Made by a program: the position numbers and the translations under genes. Source: Deltaproteobacteria bacterium (GTDB lineage: Bacteria; Myxococcota_A; Polyangia; Polyangiales; Houyiibacteriaceae). From it: 64,000 bases of DNA. The stretch lies in assembly GCA_019313915.1 (NCBI GenBank), contig JAFDAJ010000001.1, forward strand, positions 33,369 to 97,368, given 5' to 3'. The notes beneath the pieces are model-generated. The model did no database searches and was not told the origin of the DNA. It saw only the letters and a list, made by a program, of their open reading frames with translations. Of the stretch, positions 56,083-64,000 are shown piece after piece (within the stretch, counting starts at the first letter, position 1; every line of letters starts with the position of its first letter).

Positions 56083-58207
56083 CGGTCGGCTTCGGCGAAA
56101 CCACTGCACCGGCGGTCATCGAGAGCCGGGCCTCGTGGAACTCGATCGCCGCCACCTCACCCGACACAGTCGTCGCGTACAGCTGAACCACGAGTTGGCT
56201 CGAGTCCTCCGGAACCCCGATCTCGTAACTCAATCGCCACCGCTCTCCCCCTCGCACGCGGACGCCCTTCCGAACGAACTTCTCGTAGCCATTGAGAAAG
56301 ACATCTTGGTGAAAATCGATCGTCGCTGCGTCGCCGGAGACCTCGAGGTCCAGATCGACACGCAAGGTCGCGCCGCCCGGAACGCGAAGATACTGTCCAC
56401 CAATTAGAAGCTTCTTGCCTGCGGCCGCCGGCACCGACACAGTGCCCTCGGTCAACAGCTCGAGCGCCCCGGCCTCCGTCATGTCTCCGCGACCGGATCG
56501 CGTCCGTCGAGCCACCTCGATCAGCACCTGTCGCTCACGCGGCGGCGCGGGCTTGGTGTGCCGCTTTGGGCCGAACACCCGATCATCGACGGGGACAGAG
56601 CGAATGCAGTCGCGGAACGACTCTCCGCACACGATGGCGCTGCCCGAAGGCTCCCACATGATGACGCTTCGGGCATACGTGTTGCCCGCAAACACCCGCC
56701 GCGGGGTGTCGTAGTCGCGGAACCAACTGCGCCCCATGAACCGACTCGCCTGCTGCTCCAAGCCGAGGAGGTCGGTCACCGAAAGAGCCGTATCGACGTG
56801 CGCGTAGAGCGTGTCGATACGTTTCGCGCGCGGATCGGGCATCATCACGATCACAAATGACCAGCTCTGTGAGAGCAGCTTTTGCGTCCGGTTCGCTGCC
56901 TGCGCAAGCCCCGCCGACTCGTCTGAAGTGATGATCACGACCGTGTCCCGCAGCACCCCATGTCGTTCGAGCTGGGTCAGGAACTCGGCGAGTCCGTCGT
57001 CGGCCCATCGAAAGGCGCGCTCCTGCCGACTCCGTGCTCCTTCCGCGGTTGCCGCATCCGGGAACGTAAACGGGTGGTGGGTTCCGACCGTCAACATCGT
57101 CGCGAAGAACGGACGCTCGGCGTCATGCAGCTCGACCACCCGCGCAAGCGACTGCTCGAAGAACGCTTTGTCGTCGACGCCCCAATCGCTGCGCGCATAA
57201 CTCCGCTCGAACCACGGGTCTCCAACCAGCTCCTCGAAGCCCGCCTTCCTCATGAACTGGTCCTTCAGCATGAACCCCAGGGGCGCCGACTGAATGTACG
57301 CCGTCGCGTATCCCTCATCGCGCAGAACGCTAGGAAGGCACCGGCGGGCCGCACCATAGACCTGTTCGGTCATCTTGGACTGGTCGGTGAGGAGCTTCGG
57401 ATAGTCCCCGCACAGGATGCCGTACTCGCCGCGGTTCGTCTGCCTTTGGTGAGAGACTACGTGCGTGAAAAGAATGTGATGCTGGGCGAGCTCGTCGAGC
57501 TTTGGCATCGTGGTCGCACTGACGACGCCCTCGGCCGCCGCAACCGAAGGCAAGTGGGCGCCCGATGCCGCTTCGATGAGGACGAGAAGGACGTTGGGTC
57601 GGTCGGAGAGAGGGCCGACCCAGCGTTCGCCGCGCAGATTGCCTCGAAAGACTTCACCAATCTCGGCGCGGATCGCAGCCGACCCCACTCCGGCGGACGC
57701 GGGCAAGATCGACAGATTGGCCTGAAGCGCGTGTCGTTGTCGCCATTCGTCCTGCGCCTCGGACATCGGAACGAGCACCTGTCCCAGCACACAAGTAGCC
57801 AACGCCACGCCCCACCACCGCCACCACACGTGGCCCGGAGGTCGCGCCCACGCCCCCCCCGCGATCGCCAATGCGGTAGCCAATGCAACCAGGGCAGGAT
57901 GTCGCACGTGGAGCACCGAACCGCCGACGAACGTCGAATCAGCAAGGAAGCCCGCGTGGCTCAGCGCGTAGAGTGAATCGAAGACCGCGATGAACTCATA
58001 CATCGCAAAGCTGAGCCAAACGAACGATACGACCAACGCCATCCCGACCGCTCGACCCCACCATCGGCGAACCGAAAACAGGAAGCCTGCGGCGCCCACG
58101 ATGAGTAGCGCGACCGAAGCATCGGCGAAAAAGCCACGCAAGTCAGCGGGAGCAAGAGATAATTGCTTTTCGTTCAGTAACAAGGCGCGGGTGAGCCACG
58201 GCACCAC
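56045..58207 (-). CDS. Membrane-anchored LtaS/sulfatase-like phosphotransferase with an extra C-terminal beta-rich domain
   Basis: 720 aa with a GTG start and about 5 N-terminal TM segments. The AP-superfamily domain carries PNVLLVLIEAASG and the candidate Thr nucleophile in HQRQTNRGEYGILCG. An unassigned C-terminal domain of about 180 aa follows. The 3' end overlaps the convergent gene by 38 nt. Confidence 0.8.
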   Translation of the reverse strand: MVPWLTRALLLNEKQLSLAPADLRGFFADASVALLIVGAAGFLFSVRRWWGRAVGMALVVSFVWLSFAMYEFIAVFDSLYALSHAGFLADSTFVGGSVLHVRHPALVALATALAIAGGAWARPPGHVWWRWWGVALATCVLGQVLVPMSEAQDEWRQRHALQANLSILPASAGVGSAAIRAEIGEVFRGNLRGERWVGPLSDRPNVLLVLIEAASGAHLPSVAAAEGVVSATTMPKLDELAQHHILFTHVVSHQRQTNRGEYGILCGDYPKLLTDQSKMTEQVYGAARRCLPSVLRDEGYATAYIQSAPLGFMLKDQFMRKAGFEELVGDPWFERSYARSDWGVDDKAFFEQSLARVVELHDAERPFFATMLTVGTHHPFTFPDAATAEGARSRQERAFRWADDGLAEFLTQLERHGVLRDTVVIITSDESAGLAQAANRTQKLLSQSWSFVIVMMPDPRAKRIDTLYAHVDTALSVTDLLGLEQQASRFMGRSWFRDYDTPRRVFAGNTYARSVIMWEPSGSAIVCGESFRDCIRSVPVDDRVFGPKRHTKPAPPRERQVLIEVARRTRSGRGDMTEAGALELLTEGTVSVPAAAGKKLLIGGQYLRVPGGATLRVDLDLEVSGDAATIDFHQDVFLNGYEKFVRKGVRVRGGERWRLSYEIGVPEDSSQLVVQLYATTVSGEVAAIEFHEARLSMTAGAVVSPKPTVIQDEISPAGPR
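57853..57860 (-). repeat. G8 (plus-strand C8) homopolymer inside the LtaS-like gene
   Basis: The minus strand reads gcg ggg ggg gcg tgg, encoding AGGAW. Confidence 0.9.
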
Positions 58208-58284
58208 AAGGCACAGGGCGACGATGAGCCCCCAGGCCGCCCTTCCCCTCCAGTCCCGGCGCGTCGCTTCGATGACGGGAAGTT

Positions 58285-58902
58285 ATGAGCTATGCAATCA
58301 CGATGGCAAAGGGTTTCGCACCAGCCGCCGAACGCAATCGGCAACCGATCTTGGACGTGCTTCGCCGGGTGCTCCCGCCCGCTGGTCTCGTTCTCGAAAT
58401 AGCGAGCGGAACCGGACAGCATGCAATCTTCTTTGCCGAGCACCTCCCCAAACTCCAATGGCAGCCGACCGATACTTCCTCCGAAGCCCTGCAGAGCATG
58501 GGCACGTGGGTCGACGAAACCAAGCACGAGAATCTTCTGACTCCGCTCGAGCTCGACGTTCGGTACTCCCCCTGGCCCCTCGTGAACGCCGACGCCTTGG
58601 TGTGCATCAACATGATTCACATCTCATCGTGGGAAACCACCGAAGCGCTGTTTCACGGAGCGAGCGAGTTGCTCGCAAACGGATCCCCTATGATCACATA
58701 CGGCCCATATCGACTCCAGGGTGAGCACACGGCACCGAGCAACGCGGCATTCGACCAAAGCCTTCGGTCCCGCAACGCGCGCTGGGGCGTTCGCGACATC
58801 GACGAGCTCCTGGAGTTGGGCTGGCGAACCGGTTTCACGCTCGAGGAGCGAGTCGGCATGCCGGCCAACAACATGACCCTCGTGTGGACGCGCGACGCCT
58901 AA
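58285..58902 (+). CDS. DUF938 family SAM-dependent methyltransferase
   Basis: 205 aa. APAAERNRQPILDVLRRVLPPAGLVLEIASGTGQHAIFFAEHLPKLQWQPTD is the hallmark DUF938 N-terminus. Confidence 0.8.
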   Translation: MSYAITMAKGFAPAAERNRQPILDVLRRVLPPAGLVLEIASGTGQHAIFFAEHLPKLQWQPTDTSSEALQSMGTWVDETKHENLLTPLELDVRYSPWPLVNADALVCINMIHISSWETTEALFHGASELLANGSPMITYGPYRLQGEHTAPSNAAFDQSLRSRNARWGVRDIDELLELGWRTGFTLEERVGMPANNMTLVWTRDA

Positions 58903-59858
58903 GAAAACGGCCCGTGTGACGACGGATTCAGAAACAGCGCCACGAAATACACAATGAAAACGAGGATGAGCATGACCCCTCGTTTGCGGCCGATGTGACT
59001 CCGCTCGTTCACCGCCATCAATACGAGCAGCAAGGTCACGCCGGCCATGATCGGAAAGTCCCGGACGATGACGGCGCGATCCACCGAACCCGGCGCGATG
59101 ATGCCGGGAAGCGCGAGCACGCCGAGCAAGTTGAACATGTTGGACCCAACGACATTGCCGACCGCGATGTCATGCTCACCATGACGCGCAGCTGCGACCG
59201 AAGCGGCCAGCTCGGGAAGGCTCGTTCCAAGTGCAACCAGCGTCAGGCCTACGATGAGCTCGCTCACCCCGAGGTCGCGCGCGATACCCACAGCACCCCA
59301 GACCAGCACCCGGGAACCAATCAGCAGAAAGACCAATCCCACCAACAACGTTCCGACCGCCCTGCGGGTAGGTAAGGAGCGGGGGATCGCGTCGTCCTCC
59401 GAGCCGACCGCGAGCGGGTCCGGATCCCCTGGCTCCTCCTTGCTGCCCTGCATCGCAATCCACGCGACCAGCACGAACATCCCGGCCATCAGGACGAGGC
59501 CTTCGACTCGGCTGAGCTCTCCATCCCAGAGGAACGCCCAAGCGACCGCCATGCTCACAAAGAGGACTGGGATCTCGCGGATGAGCAGCCGTGAGTGAAC
59601 GCTCAAAGGATGAACCAGCGCCGCGGCGCCGAGGACCAGCGTCACGTTGGTGATGTTCGACCCGATGGCGTTTCCGATACCCATCTCACGGCTCCCTGCC
59701 GCCGCGGCCATGCCGGAGACCAACATCTCTGGCGCCGACGTGCCGAACGCGACGATCGTCAGCCCGATGACGAGGCGGCTGACGCCCAGATTGCTGGCAA
59801 GCCCCGCCGCCCCGTACACGAAGCGATCGGCACCCCAGACCACGGCGATGAAGCCCAC
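58899..59858 (-). CDS. Calcium/cation antiporter (CaCA, YrbG-like)
   Basis: Two alpha-repeats are present (GTSAPE and GTSLPE). The listed GTG start removes most of the first TM segment. The frame is open for 14 more codons upstream with no ATG, GTG or TTG, so the true start is unclear. Confidence 0.85.
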   Translation of the reverse strand: MGFIAVVWGADRFVYGAAGLASNLGVSRLVIGLTIVAFGTSAPEMLVSGMAAAAGSREMGIGNAIGSNITNVTLVLGAAALVHPLSVHSRLLIREIPVLFVSMAVAWAFLWDGELSRVEGLVLMAGMFVLVAWIAMQGSKEEPGDPDPLAVGSEDDAIPRSLPTRRAVGTLLVGLVFLLIGSRVLVWGAVGIARDLGVSELIVGLTLVALGTSLPELAASVAAARHGEHDIAVGNVVGSNMFNLLGVLALPGIIAPGSVDRAVIVRDFPIMAGVTLLLVLMAVNERSHIGRKRGVMLILVFIVYFVALFLNPSSHGPFS

Positions 59859-60053
59859 GATGACCGCGATAATGTCGTAGGGCAGCGTCAGGACGACCTC
59901 TCAGACGAAACGAGGAACAGCCTAGTTTCGCTCAGGACACAAAGCGCGCAAGCCCCGCGCAGATCGCACTGGCAAAACCACCCCGCGGAGGGCTATACGT
60001 GTCAGACTAGACCGGTTCGTGCTTGACCTAATCGGTTTAAAGGAGGGGACAGC

Positions 60054-60815
60054 ATGGGTGAGCGCCTAAGGGACAAGGTGGCGATCGTCACAGGAGCAAG
60101 TCGAGGAATCGGCGCAGCCATCGCGGGCTATATGGCCGAAGAGGGGGCCAAGGTCGTTCTCGTGTCGCGAAAGATCGAAGGCCTGCAAGCGGTGGCCGAC
60201 GAAATTCGTGGGAACGGGGGCGAGGCGATGCCCATTGCATGCCACGTCGGCCATCCTAACCAGCGGCAAGAGATGCTCGACCAGGCGTTGAAAGCGTACG
60301 GCAAAGTAGACGTTCTCGTGAACAACGCTGCTACCAACCCGCACTTCGGTCCGATGCTCACCATCGACGGCGGGGCCTGGGACAAGACCTTCGAAGTCAA
60401 CGTGAAGGGCTACTTCGGCATGATCCAGCTGGTCGCGGGTCACTTGCAGGAGCGTAAAGCGAAGGGCTCGATCGTGAACGTCGCGAGCGTCGTCGGAACG
60501 ATGGCGGCGCCGATGCAAGGTGTCTATGCCATGACCAAAGCCGCGGTCATCTCGATGACGAAGACCCTGGCCATGGAGCTCGGCGGTGCGGGCATTCGCG
60601 TCAACGCGATCGCGCCCGGATTGATCGAGACCAAGTTCGCGCAGGCGCTCGTGGACAACGACGAGATTCGATCGAGCATCCTGCAGCGAACCGCGGCGGG
60701 TCGGGTTGGCCAGCCGCGAGACATTGCAGGAGGCGCGGTTTACTTGGCTTCGGACGAGTCGGATTACGTGACGGGGGATGTCATGGTCATCGACGGCGGT
60801 TGGACACTCACTTAA
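60054..60815 (+). CDS. Short-chain dehydrogenase/reductase (FabG-like)
   Basis: 253 aa with AAGGAGG upstream of the start. It carries TGASRGIGAA, NNAA and the catalytic YAMTKAAVISMTK. Confidence 0.9.
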   Translation: MGERLRDKVAIVTGASRGIGAAIAGYMAEEGAKVVLVSRKIEGLQAVADEIRGNGGEAMPIACHVGHPNQRQEMLDQALKAYGKVDVLVNNAATNPHFGPMLTIDGGAWDKTFEVNVKGYFGMIQLVAGHLQERKAKGSIVNVASVVGTMAAPMQGVYAMTKAAVISMTKTLAMELGGAGIRVNAIAPGLIETKFAQALVDNDEIRSSILQRTAAGRVGQPRDIAGGAVYLASDESDYVTGDVMVIDGGWTLT

Positions 60816-60828
60816 CCGGGGGCGGCCG

Positions 60829-63800
60829 ATGATCGGAAAGCCACCACCGCGCCCACCAAGGCCCGCGCGCAAGCTCGATTTAGTCGAGCTGCGAATCGCG
60901 AATCTGCGCCGTGAGATCGAAGCGGAAACCGAGCCCAGGGGCCAGGCAGCGATCCTCTACCAAGTGGGTGCGCTCTATGAACACGAGCTCAAACGGGTTT
61001 CCGAGGCGGTCGCTCATTACGGGCAGGCACACGCCGCCGCGCCTGGCTTCCAGCCAGCCCTGATCGCTCAACTGCGAATCGCGGAACGGTCCGAAAACGG
61101 GCACGACCTAGCAGCGCTTCGTTCCGAGCACGTCGCCACGGCAACGAGTCCTGCCGTGAGCGGCGCGGCGCTGATGGCCTTGGCGCTTCACTCCGAAGAT
61201 TGGGCTTCTCTTCTACGAGAGGCAATTGCGCGGTCTCCCGAGCCGGTCGTGCCTGCCCTCATCCTCGAATGGCTCGCCGAGGCACACGGCGACCAGAGTT
61301 CCGTCCGGCATGCGTTGCGTACGCAGGCGGAGCACGCCGTGGACCCCATACTTCAGGCCGCCCTCTGGATCGACGTGGCCTTGGGTGACATCGACGCGGG
61401 CGCCCCGGACGAGGGGATCGAGGCGCTCGAACGCGCTTGCGAGTCGGACGCGCTGGCCTGGCAGGCAAGGTCGCTGCAACGGCAAACCGCTCGGGAGCAC
61501 GGGCGCTGGGATGTATTCGTTCTCGCAACGGCCTCAATGGCGCAGCTACTCGAGGCAGCCGCAGAAACAGACGGGCCCTCGGACCCGCTGAACCTTTCGG
61601 TGCCCGCCGAAGAGCGCCTCCCGATGGCGGCATTCCTATGGCAAGAGGCGGCGGCGTGCAGCACGGCTCGGCTCGACGACGTCGATGCGGCGGCGGGATA
61701 CATCGATGCAGCGTTGCGTCTGTTCCCTGACCGACGGGTCACTCGCCTGCAGGCGTTGCTCATCCAGGAGCATCGCGACGACTCAGTAGCCTTGGAAGAG
61801 GCGTCCGGATGGTTTCTCGCCGAGGCACCTGACGATCCGGCGTTTGTCGCGCATGAGGTACGGCGCGCACTGTCCGGCGAAGACGTCCAGAATGCCACGG
61901 ATACACTCCGTGACGCGGCGGCCCGGTATCCGGAATCCGAGTATGCCCAAGCTGCTTTCGACGTCGCGTTGGTTCGCAATGCCGATCAGTCGTCGCGGGT
62001 GGAGCGTGTCGAGCGGTTGCGCGAACGTTCCGGCACTGCCGAGGGAGAGGCGCGCGCGCGGCTCTCGTGGCACGCAGCACAAGTCTCAGCCAAAGGCTCC
62101 ACGATATCGGGCCAAGCGCAGACTCTCTACAGCGAGGCTGCCGGCGATGCCACGACCTCGAAAGAACGGATCCTGCGCGAGGCACTGGGCGCGGCGCTCG
62201 TCGCGAAACAGCCAAGCGACATCATCGAGCGTTGCGACGCGCTGATGGAGTGCGACATCGACGCCTCCGAGCGGGCGATGCTTGCGTTCACTCGATGGGA
62301 CGTGACGCAAAACGTCCTGGGAGCAAGCCAGGAAGCAGATCTGCTGTTACGGAACAGCCTCGGGGACGCCGACACTCATGCGTGGGCTCCCCAGGTCGCT
62401 CGCGCCCAAGCCGCATGGTCAGGCAACACGAGCTTACTGGCCCAAGCCCACGAAACGATCGCGGGTCTCACGACGGGAGGCGCACAGATCGGGCACCTAT
62501 GCGCTGCTGGACAGGCCTACGCGCGGAGCCGGGACTGGGACGCAGCCGAACGCGTCCTTCGCCGGGCATTGGGCGCTGCTCCCGACGACCGCTACATCGT
62601 CACGCTGCTCGATGGCGTCCTGCGGGAGGGAGGCCGTCCCGAAGACGTGGTGTCGTTGGCGCGTGAGTGGTCGCGGGGCGAGCCGGGCGCCGCTCTTGGG
62701 GAGCTTTCGCTTTTGCTCGCCGGGGCAACCGCTGAGCGCAGCGGGAACCTGACGGCCGCCCGGCACGCATACGAGCAAGCCCTCTTGGAAACGCCGAGCT
62801 CGCCCGGTGCCGCGCTGGCATTGCTCGACGTCGCCCGCCGCCAGGACGATGCGCACACAAGGCTGCGAGCCTATGCCCACCTCTCGAACACCGAACTCGG
62901 TGGAGGCGTACCGGAGCTGTACGCACTGCTTCGAGGAGACGCACTCGGCAGCGAGAACGGGAGTGACGCTGCAAAGGCGTATGAGCGGGCGCTCGAACAC
63001 CCGGCCACGGCGCTGTGTGCGGCGGTCGCACTGCTGTCGATCCCCACGCGCCTCACGACGACCGATCAGCGCTCGGCCGCCGAGGAGGTTCTCGCAGACG
63101 CGGGCGATACGCTTGCGGAGGACGCTCATGAGTTTGGCGCTGCCTATGGGGCGCTCCGCGCGTCGCTCGGCAACCAGAGCGCATCGGGCGGTGACGCGTG
63201 GCTTCAACTCGCGGCGTTGGCGCCGACCGAGGCCTTGCGCGCCGGGGCGTTGCTGCAAGGTCTGCGCGCCGAACGCATTGCCCGTGGGACCGGGGCTACC
63301 GATGAGCTCTTCATGCTTGCCCAAGACGCCGAAGCGTTGGCCGAAGCCCATGCGGAGGCGGCGATCGCCATCGACGAAGCGCTCGCACCGGGTGACGACG
63401 CGGAGTTTCGCGTCCACGCGCTCGAGCGAAAGCTGCATCACAGCGAAGCGGTCGGACGTGCGGCGCTCGACGCCGCGTACTGCCGCGCACTGGTCGAGGC
63501 GGATCGCGGCGCGGAAGCTGTGACACTGCTCAGCCGCGCGGTCGATGATCGGCCCGACGACCTGGCACTCTGGGAGACGCTCCGAAGCGCCGCGCGCCAA
63601 GCTCGAGAGTGGCCGCTGGTCGCTCAAGCTTGCGAGCGCCTCGCGCCGTTCGTCGAAGGCTCGTTGAGAGCCGATCTCTTGGAGGAGGCCGGCGTCGTTC
63701 GATTGGAATGCCTCGAACAACGACAGCAAGCGGAGGACCTCTTTCGCCGCGCCATCGTAGAGGACCCGACACGCGACATCGCCTTCCGCCGGTTGCACGA

Positions 63801-64000
63801 CCTGCTTGCCCAACAAGAAGACGCTGAAGCCCTCGAAGAGCTCGTTTCGGGACGACTTGCCCTCGGTGGCCCGAAGGATCGGCTTGACTTGCTCTACGAG
63901 CGCGCGCGCCTTCTTCGCGGCTTCAGTGACCGGCCTGGCGCACTGGAGGTGCTCGGTGAGCTCTTCAGCGCCGAACCGGCGCACGTCGGCGCGTTGGCGC
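60829..64000 (+). CDS. Very large TPR-like helical-repeat protein, partial; it runs off the right edge after more than 1,057 codons
   Basis: Absent from the ORF track because it has no stop in the window. I checked the frame codon by codon from ATG 60829 to 64000 and found no stop. GC3 bias is strong, and Ala/Leu-rich TPR-like motifs recur (LYQVGALYEHELKRVSEAVAHYGQA..., AERVLRRALGAAPDD..., AEDLFRRAIVEDPT...). Confidence 0.65.
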   Translation, partial: MIGKPPPRPPRPARKLDLVELRIANLRREIEAETEPRGQAAILYQVGALYEHELKRVSEAVAHYGQAHAAAPGFQPALIAQLRIAERSENGHDLAALRSEHVATATSPAVSGAALMALALHSEDWASLLREAIARSPEPVVPALILEWLAEAHGDQSSVRHALRTQAEHAVDPILQAALWIDVALGDIDAGAPDEGIEALERACESDALAWQARSLQRQTAREHGRWDVFVLATASMAQLLEAAAETDGPSDPLNLSVPAEERLPMAAFLWQEAAACSTARLDDVDAAAGYIDAALRLFPDRRVTRLQALLIQEHRDDSVALEEASGWFLAEAPDDPAFVAHEVRRALSGEDVQNATDTLRDAAARYPESEYAQAAFDVALVRNADQSSRVERVERLRERSGTAEGEARARLSWHAAQVSAKGSTISGQAQTLYSEAAGDATTSKERILREALGAALVAKQPSDIIERCDALMECDIDASERAMLAFTRWDVTQNVLGASQEADLLLRNSLGDADTHAWAPQVARAQAAWSGNTSLLAQAHETIAGLTTGGAQIGHLCAAGQAYARSRDWDAAERVLRRALGAAPDDRYIVTLLDGVLREGGRPEDVVSLAREWSRGEPGAALGELSLLLAGATAERSGNLTAARHAYEQALLETPSSPGAALALLDVARRQDDAHTRLRAYAHLSNTELGGGVPELYALLRGDALGSENGSDAAKAYERALEHPATALCAAVALLSIPTRLTTTDQRSAAEEVLADAGDTLAEDAHEFGAAYGALRASLGNQSASGGDAWLQLAALAPTEALRAGALLQGLRAERIARGTGATDELFMLAQDAEALAEAHAEAAIAIDEALAPGDDAEFRVHALERKLHHSEAVGRAALDAAYCRALVEADRGAEAVTLLSRAVDDRPDDLALWETLRSAARQAREWPLVAQACERLAPFVEGSLRADLLEEAGVVRLECLEQRQQAEDLFRRAIVEDPTRDIAFRRLHDLLAQQEDAEALEELVSGRLALGGPKDRLDLLYERARLLRGFSDRPGALEVLGELFSAEPAHVGALA

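Noticed and set aside
62497-63984. 495-aa minus-strand ORF near the right edge.
   Set aside because: The plus-strand frame is open over the entire 3.1 kb with TPR-like repeats and better third-position G/C bias. The minus ORF is most likely its shadow.
1-64000. Search for tRNA, rRNA, CRISPR repeats, IS elements, integrases and prophage genes.
   Set aside because: The intergenic gaps are short; the largest are about 293, 235, 195, 158 and 145 bp. None shows cloverleaf-like or repeat-spacer structure. No transposase or integrase motifs appeared in any plausible coding frame. The scan was by eye only, so small ncRNAs cannot be excluded.

Overview
The window is a visibly GC-rich chromosomal segment with strong G/C preference at third codon positions. 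The gene content (MglA-like GTPase, plant-type glutaminyl cyclase, very large TPR proteins) suggests a myxobacterial-type genome, but that is an inference I cannot verify here.

It looks like core genome, not an accessory island. I recognised no rRNA, tRNA, CRISPR array, transposase, integrase or prophage signature.

Gene content from left to right:
- A complete 5' half of the dcw cell-wall and division cluster on the minus strand: mraZ-rsmH-ftsL-ftsI-murE-murF-mraY-murD-ftsW. Most junctions overlap by 4 nt.
- A small tail-anchored protein, an MglA-like GTPase and a PocR-domain histidine kinase, followed by thiL.
- A NamZ-like gene, then pyrB and pyrR.
- An SDR and a FolB-cupin fusion.
- An aminotransferase.
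- An orphan Dam-like methyltransferase.
- A lipoprotein with the full copper-ligand set of PHM/DBH monooxygenases.
- alr-mlaE-mlaF.
- A glutaminyl cyclase.
- A second orphan N6-adenine methyltransferase.
- thiS-thiG-thiE plus a signal peptidase I homologue that lacks both catalytic residues.
- purQ and purL, then an APC permease and smc.
- A UPF0158 gene, glpK, a hypothetical TPR protein and an epimerase.
- A large degenerate cyclase/STAND/TPR protein.
- pheA and yajQ.
- A ScfR/PrpR-type regulator divergent from ecm-meaB-ccr-mcd, a partial ethylmalonyl-CoA pathway.
- An envelope-modification locus with one GT-C-like glycosyltransferase and two LtaS/sulfatase-like proteins.
- A DUF938 methyltransferase, a CaCA antiporter and an SDR.
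- A TPR protein of more than 1,057 aa that runs off the right edge.

Two real genes touch the window edges and are missing from the ORF track: ftsW on the left and the TPR protein on the right. The ORF track counts GTG and TTG as starts, so several starts were trimmed using neighbouring stop codons and family N-termini. Most long antisense ORFs are GC-driven shadow ORFs.

I found no single clear novel system. The candidates most worth following up are:
- the PHM-like lipoprotein
- the catalytically dead signal peptidase
- the GTPase-kinase module
- the FolB-cupin plus SDR pair
- the pseudo-cyclase STAND protein
- a compositional and homopolymer anomaly inside the envelope locus
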